A stretch of DNA of 64,000 nt from a bacterium (GTDB lineage Bacteria; Auribacterota; Auribacteria; Auribacterales; Auribacteraceae): assembly GCA_024233545.1 (NCBI GenBank), contig JACKPL010000004.1:83487-147486 (forward strand). Reading direction: 5' to 3'. Below the pieces are notes generated by a model that made no database searches, was not told the origin of the DNA, and saw only the letters and a program-made list of their open reading frames with translations. The position numbers and the translations under genes were made by a program. Shown here piece by piece: positions 10,704-19,544 of the stretch; the stretch's first letter is position 1; each line of letters begins with the position of its first letter.

Positions 10704-12254
10704 TTACTTCGCATATTCAATGTTACGGGTTTCTCGTATCACAACAACACGGATTTGACCGGGATACTGCATTTCTTCCTGAATTTTAGAAGCTAAATTT
10801 CTCGCTAACAGCAACGATGCGTCATCATCCAGCTCATCAGGTTTGGCAATGACTCGTATCTCTCTTCCTGCTTGAATTGCGTATGCTTTGTCAACACCGG
10901 TAAACGAGGTTGCCAGTTCTTCAAGTTTTCAAGGCGGTTAATATACGAGCTGATCGTTTCCGAGCAGGCACCGGGCGCGCCGCAGAAATGGCATCTGCCG
11001 ACGTAGTAAAGTATGCCGTAGATAGAAATTGCTTCGATATCTCCGTGGTGGCATCCTACTGCATTGTATACTATTTCCGACTCTCCGTATTTCTTGCAGT
11101 ATTCCATGCCTATTTGAGCATGAGGCCCTTCAATTTCATGCGTTAGCGCTTTTCCTATATCATGCAGTAAACCGCACCGTTTCGCTATTTGCGCATCAAG
11201 CCCAAGCTCGCTTGCCATAATACCCATAATTCTGGCGACTTCGCAAGAATGTTTTAAAATATTTTGCCCATAACTAGTGCGGTATTGCATCCTTCCGAGC
11301 AAATAGATCAATTCGGGGTGCAAACCATGGATGCCCAAGTCGAATGCGGCTTGTTCACCCGCTTCTCTCATGTTCTGATCCAATTCCTTTGTACCTTCTT
11401 GACGATTTCTTCTATTCGTGCCGGATGTATACGCCCATCTTCGATCAGTTTTACTAATGTGCGTTTTGCTACCTCTCTGCGAACGAGATCGAATCGGAGA
11501 GTATTACCACTTCCGGCGTATCATCGATGATAATATCGACACCTGTCGCGGCCTCAAGAGCACGAATATTGCGCCCTTCGCGCCCAATGATGCGCCCTTT
11601 CATCTCATCGCTTGGCAATGATACGGTTGTAACTGTCGTTTCAGAAACATGTTCAGCCGCACAACGCTGAATTGCTTGGCTGACAATATTTTTAGCGAGT
11701 TTTTCTGCTTTAGAACGCATATCCGCGTCAATTTGCCGGATTATAGTCGCCGCTTCATGGGTTACTTCTGCTTCGAGATTTTTTAATAAAAGATTTTTGG
11801 CTTCTTCAACGCTTAATCCAGAAATAGATTGGAGCTGGTTACGCTCATCCTCAATCATCTTTGCAAGCTCTTTGTCCTTGATGGAAATTTGCTCAAGGCG
11901 TCGTGTTAATTCACGGTCTTTATCTTTGAGCTCAATTTCTTTTTGGTCGAGCATATCTACTTTACGGTCAAGGTTTTCCTCTTTTTGCATAATGCGTTTT
12001 TCGAGAGTGTTCAATTCATTGCGCCGTTCTTTAGTTTCCCGTTCAAAATCGGCTTTTGATTTAAGGTATTTATCTTTAAATTCCAAATCCATTTCACGCC
12101 GTTTTGCCGCAATTTCATTTTCTGCGTCACGTAAAATTTTCTCCGCTTCATTACGAGCATTATTGACTCCTTTTTCAGAGATAATTTTCCGTGCATAAAA
12201 ACCACCTGCGCAAGCAATAAGCGCAATAAGCAGTGTTAATACGTTAAACTCCAT
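10704..12254 (-). pseudogene. rny: ribonuclease Y, 3' half frame-interrupted
   Basis: 11469-12254 gives an intact N-terminal TM, coiled coil and KH domain (..[25 protein letters not shown]..). The HD domain (..LLHDIGKA..GCHHGDIEA..) is in 10805-11383. The linker and the tail ..[15 protein letters not shown] are in other frames. Confidence 0.8.
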
Positions 12255-12300
12255 TTCTTCACCTTTGTTCCTGTTTTGCTGTTTTCAAGAGCTGTTTTTA

Positions 12301-12879
12301 TTATTGTCTCATCAAAATAATTGTATCCGTGACAACACAATCAACAGATACATCATGTGCAGACTGTTCCATACGAGGAACAATCTGGAAATCAAACGCA
12401 ACTCCCATCTTATATGAGAATGGCGCTGTTAAAAAAAAACGATCGTAATACCCTTCTCCTCTGCCAAGGCGGCAACAGGTATGATCAAACGCTCTGCCCG
12501 GTACAATAATAAGATCAATCTGAGACGGATTAAACACAATATCATGTATTGGTTCAAGGATACCGGCATAGCCTTTTTTGACATCTCTGTCAAAATTATA
12601 TATTACGCATGGACGAATTGTCTTTTCATGCGGAATTGTTTTAGGGATGAGAATAGTTTTATTATTTTTTGCTGAATGCAATATAATCGGTGTAATATCG
12701 ACTTCATCTGCAAGCGGCATATAAAAAAGAACTGTTGAAGCACTTGCATAAGATTTTTGTTTAAGAATATTTAAACAAATGCGAGCACTCTTTTTAGTCA
12801 GTTCTTCCGTTCCATATTCATTGTAAAATAAAGAACGCATAGTATGACGCAGTTGGCTCTTCGAGATCACTTCTTCCAT
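12301..12879 (-). CDS. 5-formyltetrahydrofolate cyclo-ligase
   Basis: ..VPGRAFDHTCCRLGRGEGYYDRFF.. is the signature of the 5-FCL family. First fully intact gene after the damaged block. Confidence 0.8.
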   Translation of the reverse strand: MEEVISKSQLRHTMRSLFYNEYGTEELTKKSARICLNILKQKSYASASTVLFYMPLADEVDITPIILHSAKNNKTILIPKTIPHEKTIRPCVIYNFDRDVKKGYAGILEPIHDIVFNPSQIDLIIVPGRAFDHTCCRLGRGEGYYDRFFLTAPFSYKMGVAFDFQIVPRMEQSAHDVSVDCVVTDTIILMRQ

Positions 12880-14174
12880 TGAGCAAGCCTTCTATTGATA
12901 ACTTTTTCAAATCCCTGATTTGAAGGAGAATAAAATGTGATACCGGCAACTCCGTAATCCTGCCGGACATAGTGTCCTTGAAAATCATGAGGATATTTAT
13001 ATCCACGCCCTATTCCCAACGAAGAAGCTCCGGCATAATGAGCATCCCGCAAATGAGAAGGTACTGGGCGAACTCTGTTTTGTTTTACTTCTTTGCATGC
13101 CTTGCCAATTGCAACAGTAACCGCATTGCTTTTAGGTGCAGTTGCAATATATATTGCCGCTTGGGCAAGCGCTAACTGTGCTTCAGGCATACCGATAAAT
13201 TCCAATGCCTGAAATGCCGATACAGCAACAGATAATGCAAGAGGGTCTGCATTGCCGACATCTTCTGAAGCGCAAATAACGATTCGGCGGGCAATAAACC
13301 GCGGGTCTTCTCCAGCTTCTATCATTTTTGCCAACCAGTAGACCGCCGCATCAGGGTCTGAACCGCGCATACTTTTTATAAATGCTGAAACTGTATCGTA
13401 ATGATTATCTCCATCTCTATCGTAGGTAATCCATTTTTTTTGGAACGCCTGATCTATATCCGAAAGTTCAACGGCTATGGAGCCGCCGTGTTTTTCGCCA
13501 GAGGTATTCAGCACAACTTCCAATGCATTCAATGCTTTTCTCGCATCTCCATCGCAAAGGCACGCAAACCGCTTTAAGCATTCTTCAGAAACGGCAACAC
13601 CTCTTCCTCCCAGTCCCAGAACATGATCGTTGAGAGCTCGCCGCAAAATTGCGGCAATAGCATCTTCAGATAACGGCTTAAACTGAAATATATGGCTTCT
13701 AGATAACAAAGGGGACGTCAATGCTAAGCATGGATTCTGTGTAGTTGCACCAATAAAACCGATGGTATTGTTCTCGATATACGGCAATAAAACATCCTGT
13801 TGCGCTTTGTTAAATCGGTGGATTTCATCGACAAAAAGTATTGTGCGCTGTCCGTTAAGCCGCATCGTTTTTTGAGCGATTTCGATCAGAGAGCGAAGTT
13901 CGCTGACATTGGAAGCAACAGCATTAACTTGTTTAAAAATATGCCCTGTCGTCTGTGAAATAATATGTGCAATAGTTGTTTTTCCCGTACCCGGGGGGCC
14001 GTACAGAATAATTGAACCTACCGCATTATTGCTGATCAGCTTTTTAAGCAGTTTTTCATTTTGAATAATATGTTCCTGCCCATAAAAATCATTTAAAGAT
14101 TTTGGACGCATTCGAACGGCTAATGGTGAATACAGCTGTTCGTTTGAGTGGTGAGTATTTTCAAATAAATCCAT
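12867..14174 (-). CDS. rarA: replication-associated recombination protein A (AAA+ ATPase)
   Basis: MDLFEN..PLAVRMRPKSLNDFYGQEHI.., Walker A GPPGTGKTT, ..VDEIHRFNKAQQD... I chose the start at Met28 of the listed ORF (14174) by matching the RarA N-terminus. Confidence 0.9.
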   Translation of the reverse strand: MDLFENTHHSNEQLYSPLAVRMRPKSLNDFYGQEHIIQNEKLLKKLISNNAVGSIILYGPPGTGKTTIAHIISQTTGHIFKQVNAVASNVSELRSLIEIAQKTMRLNGQRTILFVDEIHRFNKAQQDVLLPYIENNTIGFIGATTQNPCLALTSPLLSRSHIFQFKPLSEDAIAAILRRALNDHVLGLGGRGVAVSEECLKRFACLCDGDARKALNALEVVLNTSGEKHGGSIAVELSDIDQAFQKKWITYDRDGDNHYDTVSAFIKSMRGSDPDAAVYWLAKMIEAGEDPRFIARRIVICASEDVGNADPLALSVAVSAFQALEFIGMPEAQLALAQAAIYIATAPKSNAVTVAIGKACKEVKQNRVRPVPSHLRDAHYAGASSLGIGRGYKYPHDFQGHYVRQDYGVAGITFYSPSNQGFEKVINRRLAQWKK

Positions 14175-14179
14175 AATAA

Positions 14180-14370
14180 AACAAAAAACCCTGCCTTGTG
14201 CCGATAGATTATTACCTTTTCTCGTCATTTTTAATAGTGGGTACTCATACTGCAACTTCAGTTAACCCTTCGAGAGGGTACAACATCGGTTGCACGATCC
14301 GAATTCCCGCTTAACGAATCATTAGCGAAAGGTAATTATTTGATCTCACCGAACACTGCAGGGTTTTAAA
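14180..14370 (-). ncRNA. ssrS: candidate 6S RNA
   Basis: The roughly 205-nt non-coding gap between zapA and rarA folds by eye as follows: a 10-bp closing helix (AAAACCCTGC / GCAGGGTTTT), a 9-bp helix (ATTACCTTT / AAAGGTAAT), a large two-sided central bubble, an apical stem (TGCAAC/GTTGCA plus ACCCT/AGGGT) and a 3' U-tract. Same zapA-to-5-FCL neighbourhood as E. coli ssrS. Confidence 0.55.
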
Positions 14371-14379
14371 ACTCACCGT

Positions 14380-14694
14380 TCAGAGAACTGTATCAAGAGT
14401 TGAAACAACTTCAGTAATTGCCGCATCATAGTGATTGAGCTTGTTTGTAAACTGATAACGCTGTTCATACAGTTCATTTGCAAGATTGACACACAAAAGC
14501 ATCGCCAATCTCCCCATTGGGATCATAGGAGCATTTTGGCGCAATTCGTCAAACTTGTTATTTAAATACTTCTCAATAAATTCTAACTGTTCCTTTGAAA
14601 GGCCTCCTTCCAAAGGATACTCTTTGCCCTGTAGGGTAACTTTACACTTTACTTCTTGAACCTGCGTACTTTCGAGAATCACTTTCGCTAACAC
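14380..14694 (-). CDS. zapA: cell division protein ZapA
   Basis: 104 aa. ..VTLQGKEYPL..ID then a coiled-coil tail with ..RLAMLLCVNLANELYE... Size and pattern fit ZapA. Non-ATG (GTG) start. Confidence 0.7.
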   Translation of the reverse strand: MLAKVILESTQVQEVKCKVTLQGKEYPLEGGLSKEQLEFIEKYLNNKFDELRQNAPMIPMGRLAMLLCVNLANELYEQRYQFTNKLNHYDAAITEVVSTLDTVL

Positions 14695-14831
14695 TTTCTT
14701 TAAATAGTTTTAGTGGATGTAGTATCTAATAGCTGTGTAACATTGCCGGAAAAATTCGGCATATATCTCATATAATACATAAAAAATAATGCATTTTCAA
14801 AAGATAATTACCATTAAATGCATAATTATAT

Positions 14832-17234
14832 CTAACGGAGGCTACATTGAAGCGTTTCAACAACGATACGAGCCATTTTGTCGTGAATTTCGTCAACTTG
14901 ACGATCATTAAGTGTTTTTTCTAATGAACGATACCTCATTCTCAGACTCAAACTTTTTTTCCCGGGTGGAATAGGGTCGCCTTCATATATGGATATGACT
15001 CGGAAGTTTTCCAATAACCCCGTCATGCTGTTCATAATGGTATTATAAATGTGCTGAAAGGGTGTTGAAGAATCAATTACTATTGCCAAATCTCTCTCGA
15101 TAGCAGGATATTTTGGCAATGGGGCATACTTACTGTCACCAGCCATTTCTTTGAGTATGGCATCGACATCTAATTCAGCGATAAAGGTGTCTTTTTTCAG
15201 CATACGTTGTTGTGATAATAATGGATGTATTTGCCCAAGATAACCAATCGGGATATTTTTTATGTAAATTGCCGCTGTTTTGCCGGAATGCAAATAAGGC
15301 AATTCGGTTCTTTGAAATGTAATGCAATTCAATCCCAATGAGGCAAAAAATGATTCTAGCACGCCTTTAAAAGCAAAGAAATCCCAATTTTTCCCACTGT
15401 GACCCCAATACTCCAGTTCCCTTTGTCCGGAAACGCCAAGAGCAAGAATAGATTTTTCATGCGAAAACGTTATTTTATCCGGTAAAAAGATAGTACCTAA
15501 TTCAAAAAGTTTTATCGATTCGCTTTTTTGTCGAATATTATTCTCGATAACGGCAAGAATATTTGGAGCAAGAGTCGTCTGCAATCTTTGGTGCATTTCA
15601 CTTAACGGATTTTTTATAGGAATTGCCGTACTGCCACCATCTTTGCTAAAAAAAGACGGTATCTGAATGGATGTTGATGCAGGATGTAAACTGCAAGTTA
15701 CGGTTTCAAAAAAACCTGCGCCAACTAAAAGATTTCTGGAAAAACGCGCAAACTGATGCTTTTTATTGACGGCGTATTCAACGAAATCACTGCCCGGCAA
15801 TACGACAGGTATATTGTTGTATCCATAAATTCGTGCAATCTCTTCAGCAATATCTTGTTCGATGGATAAATCGACACGATATGAAGCGGGCTGAACTGTC
15901 AATGTGTTTTTCGTTTGGCTAAGAATAGTAATATTAAGTGATTCAATAATTTCTTTAATTTTTTCATCAGAAATTGCAACGCCAATAAGCGACCGAATCC
16001 GTTCAATACTGCACTCGAACTTTACAGGGCTATATGGCTTCGCATTGTGCTCTATTAAACATGAGCGCGAAGACGCATTGCCAATTCCAGCAATCATATA
16101 AGCGGCACGTTGCAAAGCTTCCTGAAAACCGCCTCTGTCAGCACCGCGCTCAAACCGATAGGACGATTCGGAAGTTAAGCCCAATTTACGCGCTGTGGTT
16201 CTAACAGAAACCGGGTTAAAATATGCGCCTTCAAGCAATATATTTTTTGTATTTTCAGTTACCTCTGACGACGCCCCCCCCATAATTCCAGCAACAGCAA
16301 CCGGCTGTATTTTATCGGCAATTACCAGCATTGAACTGTCTAGGGTTCTCGTTTTACCATCAAGAGTCTCGATTACTTCTCCCTCTTTTGCGCATCTGAC
16401 AACTATTTCGGGGCCAGCCAGTTTGTCAAGGTCAAACGCATGCAATGGATGCCCCAACTCCATCATAACATAATTAGTAATATCGACAATATTGTTGATC
16501 GACCGAATCCCAAGCATTTCAAGACGATGAGCCAGCCAAAACGGCGACGGTTCAACCTTTATACCTCTAATAATATATGCAGAATAATTTTCACATAATT
16601 CGCTATTTTCGATCGTAATACCAATGGATTCTGCGTTAAGCAACTTATCTTCAATTATGCATCTTTGTTTATCCATAATTGACGTTTTTAATGCGACAGC
16701 GATTTCGCGCGCTACTCCGCGCATGTTCAGGCAGTCAGGGCGGTTAGGGGTAAGTTCTATTTCGAGAATCCAGTCGGAAAGGTCATCGATTGATGCAAGG
16801 GGTTCTCCAATTCCTGCCGTCGAATCGAGGACGACAATGCCGCTGTCATCATCGCCGATACCAAGTTCTTTTTTTGAACAAAGCATTCCCTCTGATTCGT
16901 ATCCGGAAATTTTCGTTGTGCTGATTACTGTGCCATCAGGCAATTTTGTGCCAGTCACCGCAAATGCGGATTTAATGCCTTTTCTCACATTCGGCGCGCC
17001 GCATACAACAGAATATTTTCGAGTTCCCGTATCTACGGTGCAAAGCGTAAGATGCTTTGATTCATCAATCAATTTAACGTCAACAACCTTAGCTACAACA
17101 AAACCATCAAGATTTTGTCCAAAAGGCATAATGGAATCGACTTCAAGCCCAAGTTCTGTTAAGATATCTGCAAGCTTTTGAGGGGAAAAATCAAAAGCCA
17201 CTATTTTTTTCAACCAAGAATAACTAACTTTCAT
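14832..17234 (-). CDS. pheT: phenylalanyl-tRNA synthetase beta subunit
   Basis: 800 aa. MKVSYSWLK.. N-terminus, tRNA-binding, B3/4 and B5 domains, and an anticodon-binding C-terminus. Downstream of pheS. Confidence 0.95.
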   Translation of the reverse strand: MKVSYSWLKKIVAFDFSPQKLADILTELGLEVDSIMPFGQNLDGFVVAKVVDVKLIDESKHLTLCTVDTGTRKYSVVCGAPNVRKGIKSAFAVTGTKLPDGTVISTTKISGYESEGMLCSKKELGIGDDDSGIVVLDSTAGIGEPLASIDDLSDWILEIELTPNRPDCLNMRGVAREIAVALKTSIMDKQRCIIEDKLLNAESIGITIENSELCENYSAYIIRGIKVEPSPFWLAHRLEMLGIRSINNIVDITNYVMMELGHPLHAFDLDKLAGPEIVVRCAKEGEVIETLDGKTRTLDSSMLVIADKIQPVAVAGIMGGASSEVTENTKNILLEGAYFNPVSVRTTARKLGLTSESSYRFERGADRGGFQEALQRAAYMIAGIGNASSRSCLIEHNAKPYSPVKFECSIERIRSLIGVAISDEKIKEIIESLNITILSQTKNTLTVQPASYRVDLSIEQDIAEEIARIYGYNNIPVVLPGSDFVEYAVNKKHQFARFSRNLLVGAGFFETVTCSLHPASTSIQIPSFFSKDGGSTAIPIKNPLSEMHQRLQTTLAPNILAVIENNIRQKSESIKLFELGTIFLPDKITFSHEKSILALGVSGQRELEYWGHSGKNWDFFAFKGVLESFFASLGLNCITFQRTELPYLHSGKTAAIYIKNIPIGYLGQIHPLLSQQRMLKKDTFIAELDVDAILKEMAGDSKYAPLPKYPAIERDLAIVIDSSTPFQHIYNTIMNSMTGLLENFRVISIYEGDPIPPGKKSLSLRMRYRSLEKTLNDRQVDEIHDKMARIVVETLQCSLR

Positions 17235-17248
17235 CGCAATCCAATCAA

Positions 17249-18238
17249 TTAGAATTGTGCTAAAAAGCGTAAATCATTATCGTATAACAGCCGTATATCG
17301 TCTATGCCGTATCGGAGCATTGTAATGCGTTCAATCCCCATTCCGAATGCATATCCTTGCACTTGCTGGGGATCATATCCTACGGATTTAAGTACTTGAG
17401 GGTGAATCATTCCTGCGCCTAGAATCTCCATCCATCCACTTTTTCCCTTTACCATTATATCGCATTCAAGGCTAGGTTCGGTAAACGGAAAATAACTAGG
17501 ACGAATGCGGAACTGAGTTTCTTTACCGAAGAATTCACGAATCACAAAAGCAAGAACACCTTTCAACTCTGCGAACGATACTGCTGAATCGACATAAAAT
17601 CCTTCAATTTGATGAAATAAACAGTAACTTTTATAGTTAATCGCTTCGTTGCGATACACTCTGCCGGGAGCAATAATCCGAACGGGCGGTTTCTTGTTTT
17701 CCATTACACGTATCTGTACAGGCGAAGTGTGAGTGCGCAACACCATGCCATTTTCGAGAAAAAAGGTATCCTGCATATCGCGCGCTGGATGATAAGAAGG
17801 TATATTTAATGCATCAAAATTATAGTATTCAGTTTCGATTTCCGGTCCGTGGGCAATTGAAAAACCGAGAGAATGAAAAATATCAACCAATTCATGAAGT
17901 GTACGGTTTAAAGGATGTATTTTGCCGAAACCACTATTCTGTCCAGGCAAGGTAACATCAATCGATTCGGATAGCAATTGTTTTTCGAGCTGTGCTGTTT
18001 CAAGCCGTTCTTTTTTTAATTGTAAGATATTATGGATATGGTCTTTAAGTGTATTTATCAATACCCCTGCTTGGGGTTTTTCTTCGACAGGAACATTTTT
18101 CAGGTGTTGAAACAACAATGTAACTTCACCTTTTTTTCCCAGAAATCGAACCCTTTGTTGTTCAATCTCTTCAAGAGCGGTGCAGGCATCTACAGCGTGT
18201 TCTGCGGTCTGCTGAATTTGGTTAATCTTATCCTGCAT
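17249..18238 (-). CDS. pheS: phenylalanyl-tRNA synthetase alpha subunit
   Basis: 329 aa. ..HPARDMQDTFF.., ..FRIRPSYFPFTEPS.., ..GAGMIHPQVL..AFGMGIERI.. Confidence 0.95.
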   Translation of the reverse strand: MQDKINQIQQTAEHAVDACTALEEIEQQRVRFLGKKGEVTLLFQHLKNVPVEEKPQAGVLINTLKDHIHNILQLKKERLETAQLEKQLLSESIDVTLPGQNSGFGKIHPLNRTLHELVDIFHSLGFSIAHGPEIETEYYNFDALNIPSYHPARDMQDTFFLENGMVLRTHTSPVQIRVMENKKPPVRIIAPGRVYRNEAINYKSYCLFHQIEGFYVDSAVSFAELKGVLAFVIREFFGKETQFRIRPSYFPFTEPSLECDIMVKGKSGWMEILGAGMIHPQVLKSVGYDPQQVQGYAFGMGIERITMLRYGIDDIRLLYDNDLRFLAQF

Positions 18239-18264
18239 CAGCTTGGAATCTCTCCGATGTTCAA

Positions 18265-18609
18265 TTACTTTGCAAGAGCGGCCAATTCAGCGAAAGCACT
18301 TTGATTATTCACTGCCATTTCAGCAAGCATTTTTCTGTTAATGACAATATCGTTTTTCTTGAGCGAATCCATGAGCCGGCTGTAAGAAACGCCGTTGGCT
18401 TTTGCGGCAACAGATATTCGGGTAATCCACAATGCCCTAAAATCACGTTTTTTCTCTTTTCTTCCGCGATATGCAAATGCCATTGCTCGGTTTGTTGATT
18501 CTGTTGCCAGCCTAATCAAATTTCTTCGAGCGCCGCGAAAGCCTTTTGAACGCTCTAATATTCTTTTTCTTCTCCTGCGAGATGCAGGGTTGTTAGTCGA
18601 ACGAGTCAT
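18265..18609 (-). CDS. rplT: 50S ribosomal protein L20
   Basis: MTRSTNNPASRRRRKRILERSKGFRGARR..AFAYRGRKEKKRDFRALWITRI.. Confidence 0.95.
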   Translation of the reverse strand: MTRSTNNPASRRRRKRILERSKGFRGARRNLIRLATESTNRAMAFAYRGRKEKKRDFRALWITRISVAAKANGVSYSRLMDSLKKNDIVINRKMLAEMAVNNQSAFAELAALAK

Positions 18610-18651
18610 TTTTTATCCTCCGGTAATATAGTAAATAATAGTAGATATGAA

Positions 18652-18849
18652 TTAACTAAACGGCAACAAATCTTTTAATTTCTTAAGATTAGAAGAATCA
18701 ACCATTGCTGAATGACGGATTTTGCGTTTTCGCTTCGTCGTTTTTTTGGCTAGAATATGGTTTCCAAACGCTGAATTTTGTTTAAACTTCCCATTTGCCG
18801 TTCTTTTGAAACGTTTTGCTGCGCCTCTATTAGTCTTTATTTTTGGCAT
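18652..18849 (-). CDS. rpmI: 50S ribosomal protein L35
   Basis: [35 protein letters not shown].. Confidence 0.95.
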   Translation of the reverse strand: MPKIKTNRGAAKRFKRTANGKFKQNSAFGNHILAKKTTKRKRKIRHSAMVDSSNLKKLKDLLPFS

Positions 18850-18890
18850 AATTTGAATACTCCTACATTATTTAAATTTTTAAGAGAAGT

Positions 18891-18919
18891 ATAGTATCGT
18901 AAATTCTGAGAATTTGCAA
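18891..18919 (-). promoter_or_regulatory. sigma70-like promoter for rpmI-rplT inside the 160-nt infC-rpmI spacer
   Basis: Minus strand reads TTGCAA, 17 nt, TACTAT. Confidence 0.4.
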
Positions 18920-19011
18920 TACTAATTCTGCATTGATGAATGAAATGCTGAAAAAGCTTTAATTAGCAATTGAGATACTAATAAAAAACACAATTACGGA
19001 ATGCAGGTGAA

Positions 19012-19527
19012 TTATGATTTAGTAGGGCCGATTATAGCCACAATGGTTTTTCCCACAAGCTTTGGTTTCATTTCAATGGCACCGAAATCTTTTAGGTTCT
19101 CCACAAAACGGTCAAGTATTTCTTCACCATTTTGTGTGTGAGTGATTTCTCTGCCGTGAAATACAATGGTAATTTTTATTTTATTGCCTTTTTCGAGAAA
19201 CAATTGCCCTTGCTTGAGTTTAGTTTCAAAATCGTGTTTGTCGATATTAGGGCGAACTTTTATCTCTTTTATTTTTACCAAATGCTGTTTCTTTTTTGCT
19301 TCTTTGACTTTTTTGGTCTGTTCATACCGGTATTTGCCGTAATCCATAATTCGGCACACGGGCGGCGATGCTTCAGGAGCCACCTCAACGAGATCAAAAC
19401 CTTGTTTTTCTGCCAACGCCAAAGCATCTTGAATGGAAATTATACCTATTTGGTTTCCTTGCCCATCAATTGTTCTTACTTGCGGCGCACGAATGTCTTC
19501 GTTGATTCGAATACGTTTTTCGCTAAT
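19012..19527 (-). CDS. infC: translation initiation factor IF-3, ATT start codon
   Basis: The frame is open only from just after the thrS stop. GGGAGGG Shine-Dalgarno, then 8 nt, then ATT AGC GAA.. = ISEKRIRINEDIRAPQVRTIDGQG.. No ATG, GTG or TTG is available upstream of the conserved N-terminus. Confidence 0.9.
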   Translation of the reverse strand: MSEKRIRINEDIRAPQVRTIDGQGNQIGIISIQDALALAEKQGFDLVEVAPEASPPVCRIMDYGKYRYEQTKKVKEAKKKQHLVKIKEIKVRPNIDKHDFETKLKQGQLFLEKGNKIKITIVFHGREITHTQNGEEILDRFVENLKDFGAIEMKPKLVGKTIVAIIGPTKS

Positions 19528-19544
19528 AGCCGTAACCCTCCCTT

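Noticed and set aside
12867-14255. Full 462-aa rarA ORF starting at 14255.
   Set aside because: The first 27 codons have no counterpart in RarA proteins and no Shine-Dalgarno, and they would run through the 6S-like structure. The conserved N-terminus starts at Met28 (14174).
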